Assembly: GCA_013265495.1 (NCBI GenBank) | Contig: MU057651.1 | Location: 2,706,948 to 2,770,947 of the forward strand | DNA length: 64,000 nucleotides | From: Vicugna vicugna | Lineage: Eukaryota | Reading direction: 5' to 3' | Shown here: positions 13,065 through 24,295 of the stretch, piece after piece | Layout: every line of letters begins with the position of its first letter | How positions within the stretch are numbered: the first letter of the stretch is position 1 | Notes under the pieces: model-generated | Databases searched by the model: none | The model's input: only the letters and a program-made list of their open reading frames with translations | What the model was told of the DNA's origin: nothing | Made by a program: the position numbers and the translations under genes

Positions 13065-14298
13065 GGGCTACAGTGTCACCTTCTTTTATTTGTGGCATGA
13101 AGAGACAAACAGCAGAGACAGTGCGGTTTGAGAGCGACTGGCTGGATGCCCTGGCCACCCCGGGGAGGGTGCGGGGCATTCCTCGGACCACGCGGGGCCA
13201 AGTTTCCACTCTCCTTGTCATACATTCAAAAATGACCTCACCATATTCGTTGCTTCATTTAAGACAGAAACTTGATTTCTTACTTTCTCCTAATTTCTGA
13301 TAATCTCTTAATGAGCTTCTTTCCAATATAATAAAACGTGAAAAGCCATGACCCCGGTTAACTTCGATTGTAAATGATGGGGACTGAACCCGCACTGTCA
13401 AATGTGAGCACGATTTTGGTCTGATCCGGGCGACAGGCGGACACCCAACGTCCCCCGCTCCTGGCCCTGCATCGGGTTCCTAAGCGTCTTCGGGGAGCCC
13501 CCGGGCTCCGTGCACAGCCACCTCGGGGGCAGGCGTGCTGGACCTCATAGCCCGCGGGGAACAGCTGTCCAAGGGGGGCGCCAGCCGGCCACTCCAACGC
13601 CACGCTGATCCCCGCCACCACCCCTGCCGCAGAGCTCAGCGCTGCCCTGCTCGTGCATCACACGTGACTCCTCCTCCAAGTGACCACAGGTGACTTTTAA
13701 TAGCTTAGCTGGTCAGATCATGGTCTGCAACCTTCCATGAAGCCGTGACCCCAAATATTTGAGGAAGAAAAACCAATAATTCCATTAACTCCTTAAAGTC
13801 ACCTTGGAAAGTATCCTCCCATTTTTTTTTTCTCACACGTAGCATCAAGTAGCCAATTACATTCAGACTGTTGCGATCGATTCATTGATTTTTTTTTTCC
13901 CCTAGAATTCAAAAGATTTTAAGCGACTAAAGGGTTGTGATCATCTGTACGTGTAAAAGTCTCAAAGGTCCAAAATCGATCTAAGGCGTGAATGGTCCCC
14001 TCTGCTTTGTCCATCAGAGGAACTACGTACAGTGTTGGGGTCCCATTCACCGGCCAACAAGAATTGTTTCTTGGCAACTTTCAAGATTCAGAGGCAAAAA
14101 TATATTTCCTTGGCACAAGCCGCGTGGCAGTCACATTCTCTGTCCCCCTCCCCCGGTGATGGGGGACTGAAAATCAGTGAGGCAGGTTTTGGCCTGGAGA
14201 TGGGGCAGGCCGGTCCCGAGGCCCCTCGCCCCGCGGGGCTCCTGGTGACCCGGCGTCCCATGGGCGGGTGTCTGCCGCCACGTCGCCTTCTCGCTGGT
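13065..14298 (-). other. COBL: COBL 3'UTR (~1.2 kb; cleavage site approximate)
   Basis: It runs from the stop codon to the first minus-strand AATAAA I found. It is repeat-free and partly AT-rich. Confidence 0.75.
13085..13090 (-). terminator. Polyadenylation signal AATAAA for COBL
   Basis: Plus-strand tttatt at 13085-13090. A GU-rich ttgtgtg follows about 20-30 nt downstream on the minus strand. Confidence 0.75.
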
Positions 14299-14316
14299 TC
14301 ACACGAGCAGGGGCAC
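14299..14316 (-). CDS. COBL: COBL terminal coding segment VPLLV-stop
   Basis: The minus strand reads tcttccccgcag|GTG CCC CTG CTC GTG TGA. VPLLV is the recalled C-terminus of human and mouse COBL. Confidence 0.95.
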   Translation of the reverse strand: MPLLV

Positions 14317-15859
14317 CTGCGGGGAAGAGAGAGCCACCGTCACGGGGGCGCGGGTGGGGCCGGTCCTTCCTGGGGACGTTGCTCCTCCCAGACGCTGAGG
14401 GTTGACACCGTTCGCATCCTCCTCACAGCCCCGAGGAGAAAGCGCTGAGAAACCCAGACAGCCCTGGGTGCTGGGAAAGAAAGCCTGGAACCCCCCGAGG
14501 GTCTCCGATGCCCCCAGCCCAGCCCCCTCTGAGCCTTTCTTGGATAAAAAGAATTCCCAGCACAGCTCTCGGGGAAAGGCTGTCCGGCTCCCAGTCTTGG
14601 GGGTGGGGGTCCTCATCCAGCCTCTCCCCTCACCCCGGCCTGCCCTGGTCTCCCAGCGGCCGGAGGGGGGCTCGGTGGCACGGACCCCGACATCACTGGC
14701 CACCCCCTCCACCCCGAGCCCAGCTCTGCTCCCCCCGGGGCAGCCTTCCTTCTGTGCTTAGAGGTGAATTTTTCCTCTTTTAAATGAATCTTTAAAAATC
14801 TTTTGCTACCCAACGCCCCATCTCCCAACTGTAAAGTTATCTTTCAGGTCTGATGAGAACTGGGGGGGGATGTTTACTTCTTGGGGTAACAGGAGCAACC
14901 TGGAAAATTGCCCCCGATTTTAAGATGGATGCGATAATGATGAAGGAATAGAGGGGTTCTGTGCACATGGACCCCGAGCTGCGCTCGCCCGGTCTGGAGA
15001 GCCAGGAAATAATGGAGGCAAAGAAGGGGTGCTTTCTTCCTTCTCCCCAAAAACGGGCACTGAGCACCCGCTCTGTGCCTGGCGCTGAGCGAGGTGCTGG
15101 GACCCGCCGGAGCTCGGGGTCCCGGGCTGTGGCAGGAGAGGCACGCATCACACCGAAGTGACACCGAAGTCAGAGCGGGGATGTGATTATGCAGGGAACT
15201 GAGGTGACACTGTGACAGGGACCGGGGCTGGGGGAGAATTTCTGCGGGAGTGAGCTTAATATAGCAGCAGGCAGGGTGACTGGGAAGTAGCTGGTGAAAC
15301 ACAGGGAACAGCCTTCCAGGAATGTGGAACAGCATCTGTGGAGGCCCTGAGGGGTCACCGCAATGGGTGGCCTCTCGTCCCAGGTGACAGGTGACAGGTG
15401 TCCCTGGGTGCAGCTGCAGAAAGGCAGGTCCCCTGGTAGAGGGCAGGACACAGGCCAGCGAGGGCTGACCGGACCCTGTGCCCCTGACCTAGTCCAGTGT
15501 AACCGGCCCGCATCAAAGGTCCAGCCGTTCGAGCCCAGCGTGTGATGTCCAGCTGTGGACGGTTTTGACGTCCCCGCCCGCAGTCACAGAACTTGGGTTT
15601 CTCTCACCCACAAGTGAGGGCCCTCGGGCTCCAGAGGACGGACATTTGCCGCTGGCTCCGGGCCTCCCGGGGCCCTTGTGGTGATGGTGTCACGTGTCTG
15701 CCACCAGCAAGGGCAGGGACCCACGTGTGGCCCGAATCGGTTGGTTCCCGTGGTGGGAAAATGTGCGCCTGTGAGGGCCCCGGGGCAGCGGGGAGGCCGT
15801 GGGGATGGATGAGGCCTTTCCCAGGGCCCGGCCGCCCGTGGCGGGCCCAGCCGCCGCCC

Positions 15860-15960
15860 TGACCTAGTTAAGGCCTGGGACAGGTCACTGCGGACACCTG
15901 CGCCTCGCTTCCCAGTCTGCGAAATGGAAGGCGCAGCCTTCGAGTCCAGAAAGGGGATGG
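15860..15960 (+). mobile_element. MIR core fragment
   Basis: gggacaggtcact...gcctcgcttcccagtctgcgaaatgg. Confidence 0.6.
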
Positions 15961-17148
15961 AGGAGATGCCCACTCATCGTTTGGGGCTTTTATCAGACCT
16001 CTAGTTTTGCGAGACGTCCCCAAGGCCAGCGACAAACTCCATACTCCCGTCTCCCTCCCCTGGCCGAGAGCCTCGGGGGCCACATGCAACACTCCATCCG
16101 TCTCTCCATCAGGAGCATCTCCTGCAGTCCCTGGACCCTGGTGGGTTCTCAAGAAATGCTTGCAGGCTGATGGCTGGACACGTGAATGTTCTGGATGTAA
16201 AAATGGATCAAAGGACCCCAGGTGTCCACCCCAGGCCCCCTGAAATAATGCATTTAAATCAGACCGACAGAGGCTGTCAGACGCAGGAAGTCTCAGCACT
16301 GATGTGACAGCAGAAGCGAACGCTGGGCGGGGGGAGTCCCTCTGGGCCCCCCGTTCAGGAAGAGAGGGCTGTGTTCACTGCAGGGGGAGCAGCCGACAGA
16401 GCGGGGCGCTTAGCCGGGACTCAGGTCGCTGGGAGAGTCCGGGACCAGCGCAGAGCCAGAGGCGGAGGGATTCGGTTCGCGGAACAAGGCACATGGCCCG
16501 CCCATCGCCTTGAAGAGCGAACGGCAGACACATTTTTAAGGTGATGATTCGTCCTGCATCAAATGTACGCTTTTGGATTTTATCATAAGCAGCACTGTCG
16601 CCCGTGCAAAACTTGCGTGTTAAAGGAATGTTTTAGCCGTGAGCCCCGCACGCCCCAAAGCCCGCCTAGGATGGCCGGACGCCCTGGTTAAAAACTGGGG
16701 GGCTCACGCATCGCAGCCCCGAGAAAGGCAGCAGCCCCGCTGGGACCCAGGGTCCCCCCGGCCACACGCGTCCTGGAGCCCGTGGGCAGATAAAGGAGGG
16801 TCCGCTCACGCCGACAGCCCAGCTCACCCTCGGTGGAGCCCGGAGCCCTACTTTCATGGTGTTTTCCTCAAGGCTTGGCAGCTGTGAAAGCCCCAAAGGC
16901 GAGAGAGCGCAAAAGAGGCAAAGCGCAAAAGATCGGAGGTGCAGATGCCACAGCGCGCAGCGGGTGCGTCTGCCCCAAAGCCACCAGGCACCTCCTGGGA
17001 CGGAAGCCACGCCCAGCGGGGAAGGGCCACCCAATCAGGCTTCTCAGAGGAGGACGCAGTTGGCCCTTATTGGCGGGATGTGTCCCGGGGCCCCAGGCCG
17101 ACGGCCCCACCCCGCCAGGAACGGTCACGCGCAGCCACTCATCCTCAC

Positions 17149-17421
17149 CTTTCTCAGCCTCGCGGCCCCGGTGCCGGAGCGGATGGCGGCCAGCAGGGCC
17201 TGCCTGGCATCCCCGGGGCTGCTCGGGGGGCCCGAGCTGGCCCTGGACGCCGTCCGGGATGTGATGGGGGTCTGGGTGGCCGGAGGGGGCGGCGGCGGCG
17301 GCGGCGGCGGGGCGGCCGGGAACTGGACCCCGAGGTCTTCGGGCCCCGGGGGTCCCGACCCGTGTGCGGACAGCACGGCATCACGGAAGCTCTGGAGCTC
17401 CTCGGAGGCGGAGGAGGACAC
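17149..17421 (-). CDS. COBL: COBL coding exon (273 nt, phase 0-0), polyproline linker and third WH2 domain ([21 protein letters not shown])
   Basis: Junctions are atcgccag|GTG TCC TCC...AGA AAG|gtgagg, within ORF 17125..17421. Confidence 0.97.
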
Positions 17422-18044
17422 CTGGCGATGAGACGGTCACAGGGCAGCGTCCCAGAGGTCCTTCCCCAGAGGGCAGCGCGGGGTGCCAGACCCTGAGCAA
17501 GCCGAGCGCTGCCCCGGGGCTCCCCCAGGCCCTCCGCGGGGCCGGGGACGATGGCGCGGGGCAGGTCCTGCCCCGTCGGGATGCCCCTCTCCGGCCTCAG
17601 GGTGGCATGCCTGCACATCCAACACCCAACCGATGGGGACGGTCCCTACCCCCGACCCGAGGAGAGGGCGCCCACCCCGCTCTTCTTTGGAACCTGGTTG
17701 TGGAAGCTAGGTGACACCCCGGCCCTGAGCTCCAACCCGGCTGGTCCCGAGGCTGCACCCGACCAGCTGGCAGCCGCATTCGCAGAGCTGCGAGGCTGCG
17801 GACTCCCGCCGCTGGGGGATCTAAGCCCTGAAGCTGGGCTGGGCGTCCCCGGGAATCTGGGGACATGCACAGTGAGCGCTGGGTGTGCGGGCAGGACTGT
17901 CAGGTCCAGGAAGGGAGGGAGAGTTTCTGCAGCGTCTCGCCCATCGTGGGGTTGGCCACTCCGATGATGAGTGGGCAGCACTCAGAAAACCTGAGCGCTG
18001 CCCGGCGTGCGCAGCATCCCCCGGTCCCCGGGCCCCTCTCCCAC

Positions 18045-18164
18045 CTTCCGCAGGCCGCAGGCGCCTCTGTGTCCTCGGATGGCCGCCAGCAGGGCCGAGC
18101 GCTCGCTGTCCGCCTCCGCGTGGGACGGGGTCTTTGGCCCCTGCTGCGGGCTGTGTTCTGCAAC
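18045..18164 (-). CDS. COBL: COBL coding exon (120 nt, phase 0-0), second WH2 domain: VAEHSPQQGPKTPSHAEADSERSALLAAIRGHRGACGLRK
   Basis: Junctions are ttctccag|GTT GCA GAA...CGG AAG|gtggga. It has the WH2 helix ERSALLAAIR plus the LRK motif. Confidence 0.97.
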
Positions 18165-18404
18165 CTGGAGAATAAACCGGGTCATTTCAGCACATTGCGC
18201 TCGGGAGGTGGGGAGACCCTGACGGGAAGGCAGTGCTAAAGGAAACCCGCATTCACCAGTGCGACGTGATCAAATGAAGATTCTGCAGGGACCTCCCCAA
18301 AATCAAAGGTCGTGTGTCTAGGGTATCACTGGATGATCGCCTCGTAATGCCCAGCCCGCCTGTCATCGGTCCCGGCTCTCCGGAGCTGAGACGTGCATTT
18401 CAGT

Positions 18405-18580
18405 CCTGCAGATCCAGATCAGAGTCCTAGGTCCGCACTGACTGGCAGGGTGACCTTGCGCCAGGTCACTGGACCTCACGGTGCCTCAGTTTTCCCATCT
18501 GCAAAATGGAGGACCTACTTCCTAATCTTCGGTGTTGGTGCCGCTATGAAATGAGATATATTTGTAAGGTGATAAATGTC
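18405..18580 (+). mobile_element. MIR SINE
   Basis: gtgaccttgcgccaggtcactggacctcacggtgcctcagttttcccatctgcaaaatgg. Confidence 0.85.
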
Positions 18581-19012
18581 TCCATGAGGCCGTCATCAAA
18601 TTGTCCCTAAGGCTGTTGGAGGATGACAGCCCACCAGGGCTAAAATCGCAGGGATCTCGGGTGCAGCCTGCCTGACTGTCCACTTACCATCCCCCCGCCG
18701 CCACGGGCAAGGACCAGCTATGGACAATCTTCCCCCGCCTCTCCGCTCCCCCAGGGTGCGGCATCCTTCCCCAGGGCGGTCAGGGGCCGGAAGGCAGTGT
18801 GGACCAGCCCAGACGCATCACTTGTGGTCTCCCTGGTGGCTCTAAGCGAACAACTCCGCAGGCAGTGAGACGGGGTCCGGGGTCAAATGGACCCCGTGGG
18901 CCCACCCTCACTCCCAGCCCGCCTTCCCTCCTCCGGGACCACCTAAGCGATGGCGTGGCTGGGGTGGTGGGGGGGTGTGCCCGTCCGGGAGGCAGGAGCC
19001 CACCGACCTCAC

Positions 19013-20703
19013 CTTGCGAAGCCTGTCCTTCCCTCCTGCTGAATGGATGGCCTCCATCAGGGCGCTGTGCAGGGACGTGTCCTTCGGGGCTGGCCTCTGG
19101 ACGACGGGTCTGAATCTCTTCTTGGGCCCAAAGATGCTGGCTGGCTGCGTGCCATCGGCTTCAAGTGCATCCGTGCTTAACAAATGGGGCTTCTCCTCCC
19201 GCCCCAGGGACTCCCGTCCGGCATGGCCGTTCGTGCCGGTCTCCCTCGGGGAGTGAGGCGGCTCGCCGGGGACCGGGACCCACCTGGAGCCATTCACCAG
19301 GGCCGGGCCTGGAGTCTGGTCATCTCCTGAGCAAGGGGGCGGGGGACTCGTGGTGTCCGGCGTGCACCTGGGGTCAGATGCCGAGCGGGTCCTCTCGTTC
19401 CTTGAGCTTTGTCTTTGACTGAGACCACAGCCCCGTCCCGGGGGACCCTGATCCCTCGGGGAAGCTGTGACTAGCGGGACATGGGAACTTCTGAGGACGC
19501 CAGCCGGACAGTCTTGAGTAGAGGACCTTCCGTAAGGGCTGCCGGCGTGCACCCCGGGATGGGCCCCCACTGCCGACCCTTCCCCATCGTTTCCGACGCG
19601 CGTCTCCAGGTGGACTTTCTGGGTCCCTATGCGCTTAGCAATGGCAGAGGCCATGTACTGACTGGACGTCCTTCTCTGGGGTTTGAGAAAACGGACTTCC
19701 GCGGTGTTAGTGGTGGTGACTTTCTCAGGACGAGGGGCTGCCGTGGGTGGCCCGCTTCTCCGCTCCTCCAGGGCTCCCCCATCTTCTGGGTGCAGCGGGG
19801 GCACCGTCCCCTTGGGGTCTGGGGACGTGGGCTCTGCTCGGGGTCTGCCCTCTTGCGGTTGTGGTTTTGCTGGCGTGGAGGGGGTAGGGGTCCTCTTGGC
19901 TGAGCCCCCTGCGGGCTGGCCCAAGGGTTCCTCTGTAGAGTTGGACCTCCAGAATTCTTTGACTTTTCCAATGGGTTGGGGTTCCGCTTCAAGAGTGGGT
20001 GCCCCCGGGACTATGGTCCGGCCCGCGGGCGCCTGGGGGCTCACCAAGTTCCCCAGCTCGTCAATCTTGATGGCCCCCGTCGAGAGGGATGCTCCTCTGT
20101 CATAACACCTCATCTCTGACTTCGGGGGGACAATTTTATATGTTGTGAGGCCATATTTAAGGCCATAACTCCCCCCGGGGTGCTGGCCTCGTTGGTACCA
20201 GGACGGTGGGGTTGAGACATCACTGTTGGCATCGCCTTCAGTCTCCCTGATGGTGGCGGGTGGCGTCCCTCTGGGAGCAGAACCACGTACCTCGCCCTCC
20301 TTCGCATCCAGGGCACGTGTGTGCAGCGCTGGGGCCGAGGTCGTCTGGGGCTCCGTTTTGTTCGGATTCACATCCTTCCAGGTGCTGGACGCGGCTGGCT
20401 TGGTTTCTTTCCCAGCATCCTCGGATGGAGACGGGGGGTCGGGGGTGGCCGCCCTCCCCGTCCCGGGCTGCTGGCCGGGCGCAGCCTGGCACGGCGGCAG
20501 GGGGGCCTTCGTGCTGTGCGTGCTCCCCGTATCAGAAGAGCCGGCATTGTTGTTCCTGTTGGAGAACAGCCCCGCGTCCACGGGGTCGTCTAACACCTCC
20601 CCGATGAACGTGACCGGAATTGGCTCCTCATCGCCGTCGAGGATGGCGGCGTCCCGCGGGCAGCCGTGCGCGGAGTTGGAGAGCACGCTCCCATCTTCCG
20701 TTT
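19013..20703 (-). CDS. COBL: COBL large coding exon (1691 nt, phase 1 to 0) ending in the first WH2 domain (SLHSALMEAIHSAGGKDRLRK)
   Basis: Junctions are ctcctttgcag|AA ACG GAA...CGC AAG|gtgagg. ORF 18908..20722 contains COBL blocks IPVTFIGEV, GLTTYKIVPPKSEMRCYDR, STGAIKIDELGNLV, KPQRRTSSQY and SIFGPKK. Confidence 0.98.
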
Positions 20704-21750
20704 CTGCAAAGGAGGGCAGCACAGGTCACAGGCCGCCCGTCCGACCCCTACGCTGCTCCCTCCGTGACGCCGCACCCGGCTTTGCTGTCCCTGAGGCTAC
20801 TTCGGTCTCAGTTACCTGCGCCCATTTTAAAGGGTCATTTTGGGTTGTGATGTACGCGTGCCTGGGGCCGGTCTCAACTCCCATTACCCAGCAGAGGACC
20901 CGCTTGCAGATCCGTGATGTCTCGAGATGACAACAGTTTGCCAACCTCTTTTACGTTAAAATTTGGGGTTTTGGCCTTTATCTTGCTCTTGTGCACCAGA
21001 AGCAGCACAAACTCTATGGGACAACCGGCTGTCACCTCACTTACGGGGCAGGCGACTTAGTCTCAAGCACCCCAGAATTAGCCCTAAAGGAGGCAGCGGG
21101 TCACGTGGGCAGAGCCCGAGGGACACAGAACGACCGATGCCGATTTTTCAGGTCGGTCACCCACCTCTTCAGAGGACGGACAACTCAAGAGCGGGTCAGA
21201 CAAGCCTACGGGTCCCCTCCGCAGCGCGTTCCCATCTTCTCGCTCAGTTTTGCCTCCCAGGCACGGCCAGTATCAAATTTTATTTCCACTGTGTGCCTTT
21301 GTTTGGAAGATTTCTAGATGATTTAAATTTGCTTTGTCCTCACACTATTTTTTTTTTTCCCAAACAGACGCACGCAACAGCAGTGCCACGGACGCCCCTC
21401 TGTAAAAGGGGTCACTGCCAAGACGTGGTCGTTTGCAAGACAGACCACGGATTTGCAAGGAAAGGGCGGGGTGGGGGCGGAGAGGCGTCGTAAAGAAACT
21501 CATCCATCTCCTGGTGTTTCCCTCACTCATCTGAGTCCTGGGGAACTTCCCTGTTACTGCGTGAAGAACACTTTTTTCATGTGCAAAATCAGTATTGTTC
21601 AGAGCTGGTTTTAAGCAGCTGCTCGGATGTTCCCACGGGAGAATCTGGACTCTCCAAGCCGGCTCCCCCCACCCGGACCTGCGTGCCCCCTGCAGACATT
21701 GCCCTCCCGTGGTCACACAAGGCGTGTCTGGGACCCCTGCCGGCTCTTAC

Positions 21751-21842
21751 CTCCCAGCTCTTCCTCGGGCTCGGCCAGCGTGTCCTGGGGCCACCTGCTC
21801 ACACGCAGGTCTTCGTGCTCACGGGAGGCGGCTGTCTCACTC
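21751..21842 (-). CDS. COBL: COBL coding exon (92 nt, phase 2 to 1): (R)SETAASREHEDLRVSRWPQDTLAEPEEELG
   Basis: Junctions are atccccag|G AGT GAG...CTG GGA G|gtaaga. The phases bridge the 310-nt and 1691-nt exons exactly. It shows weak but positional similarity to recalled human [33 protein letters not shown]. It is not in the ORF track. Confidence 0.85.
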
Positions 21843-24165
21843 CTGGGGATGGCCAAGGGGAGAGGGAGAGCACTCATTTACCTCCTTAGGTATCCAGTCC
21901 ACGCCTCTCTGAGGAAAGCACGCTCAGGGTCAAGTTCCTGCAGTCCCAAAGTCCCCGGGCCACAGTGGTGGTTTTCCCTTGGAGCCCTGAGACACAGATG
22001 TGTGTGGTGTGCGTGTGATGTGTGTGGTGTGTCTGTGGCGTGTGGTGCACAGCGAAGCCCACCGTGACAGCAACACCACGCAGGCAATGACAGTGGTGAC
22101 AGCCCTCTCGCCCCGAGCCCCCTCTGGGACGTGACTGGATGGGGGGCACCCTCTGTGCCATGGGGACCCCGCACACGCCAGGCTTCACACAAGGCGCAGA
22201 TGATCTTACTTTAAGCCTCAGGAGCCATTTGTACGGCGGGTGAGGTCACTCTCGGTGACCACGTGCTGAGAGACGGATCCTGGAGCTACCAAAGCCACAC
22301 GGGCTCCCAGACCCGGAGCAGGAGGACCTGCCTCTCGTGCATCCACCCTTGGAGGGCAGAGGGTGTCCCCTTATCTGTGCCGCCCGGACAGCAGCATCCA
22401 TGGGACCACGGCTGCCAGAGTGATCTGCAAGCGGCCTTTGCGAGGGCCCTGGGCTCCCTTCTCTCGCCGTGCGGAGGACAGGGACACGTCGCGGGCGACA
22501 GTCCGTCTGCGGTGAAAGCTGGAGGGAGGTCCCTTCCGCTGATTGTCAAAACCGAGGACCAATTTCCACCGTTACTCATCAGGCCCAGATAACGAAATGT
22601 GCATGAAGTGTGCTTTGTGCCGTCCCCACTTACGCAGCAAAGTTTGTGTCTCCATAAATGAGTCTTTTTTAACTCGGTGCCTGTGTCCCTTTGAGAGCCA
22701 GGAAGTGGCCTCCAGATCAGTTTGGGCTAATGTCCCCTGACAAGGCAGACAAAGGGCGCCGGCGGAGATGTGTGCGCATGGGAACCAATTAACGAGGACC
22801 AAGGGAGGCAGCAGGCTCCTTTCCTGTCGCGTTTGCCTTAGACTTTAATTGAACGCATTGACTGAACGTGGTTTTTGTCTTTCACGGAATGCGATGGTTA
22901 AAATAAATGTAATCGAAATATTCTATAAAGTATATGGCAGAAAAACAGATGGAAAGCGCTCTATAAATCAGTACTTAAAATGGGAATCTGCTCTTTTCAA
23001 ATGCTGGCCCCTAGTTTATGACGCTTAAAATCCAGCCAAACAAAATCATATCTATCATTTTATTTCAAAGCATTTGCCTTTCCTTCAAAGTCTGCAAAAC
23101 TACCTCGTTCCGTGAGAACAGAATGACGTGAGCCAGAATTCAGAACTAATTAAAAAGTTCCACTAATGGTGGTATTTTATAAATGCTAAACTAGAGAAAA
23201 CAAAGTTTTCTTCCCAAGCTGGCGAAAACACCATGATGGACCCTCACGGTTGCTGCTACTGGTTTTAACTGGAGACCAACATGAACGTGCCCGTCAAGAA
23301 GCAGACACATGGCTTTAACTTGGTAGGATCTTTGGTTTCCTAGTCGCTCTTTTCGACAAGTGGCCTTAGGGAAATAATCCTACAGAAGGGAAAGTCTAGA
23401 CACCACCATGATCATATTGATGGGACGAACTCTGCAATTTCCGGCCACGGGGCGTTCCCTCCAACAGTACGTGCTGGTTTCAGAGGGCACAGAGGCCAGC
23501 CAACGTGTTGACCACGACGTCCACGTGGAACCACAGATCAGCGCTGGAGCCTGCGTGCTATGTGAAGACATCGAGACCCCTAGGATCTGAAAGTAACTGG
23601 CGGAGCGTCTGTGGAGGAAGGCAGACAGATACCCAGACCACAGCACCAACCAGGGTGCTTCGTTGAAATGGATGGATTCCAGCAAATATTTCTCCCTTTC
23701 TCCTCTGCATTAGGCTCCTTTTGGTACAAAGCAGCTTGAGGCAACTTTTTAAAAAATGGGTAACACTGGAAGTAATCCTTTGAGCCTGTAAGGAAGTCAT
23801 TCTTTTTTTTGGAAAAGTAGTTAACACGCTGGCTATGTCACGCCCAATACACATGGTATGCGGTGTTTATAATATTTTTTATCTTGCTGCCGAGCGCCCA
23901 GAATGTCCCGGTGACGATCTCACAGTGTGTGTGACAGTCCTGCAGGAGGCACCGCAGCCAGCCCCTCAGCCTCTCCCTCCACCCGATAAAACCATCAGAC
24001 GCCAGGCCCCGGGACTCAGGGCTCTGGACCTGTTCCCCGCCCGCCCATCCCACTCCAGCCGGAGCCTTCCTCCTGAAGTCTGGGGGTGCCAGGCTGAGTC
24101 CTCTGCCCTCCGCCTGGGCAGCTTCCCCACCGCCCCTTCCCTCCGTCTGCCTCTTGTGTGCTGCC

Positions 24166-24295
24166 CAGCGGTGGAGCGTGTGCCTAGCACGCACGAGGTC
24201 CTGGCTTCCATCCCCAGTGCCTCCCCTAAAAATACATAAATAAATAAATAATCCTATTACCCCCCCCTCCAAAAATAAATAAATTGTACAAAAAA
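24166..24295 (+). mobile_element. vic-1-type SINE (5'-truncated)
   Basis: gtggagcgtgtgcctagcacgcacgaggtcctggcttccatccccagtgcctcc followed by (AAAT)n and cctattacccc. Confidence 0.9.

Noticed and set aside
20226..20930. 234-aa plus-strand ORF and other ORFs antisense to COBL exons
   Set aside because: These are shadow ORFs of GC-rich coding sequence.
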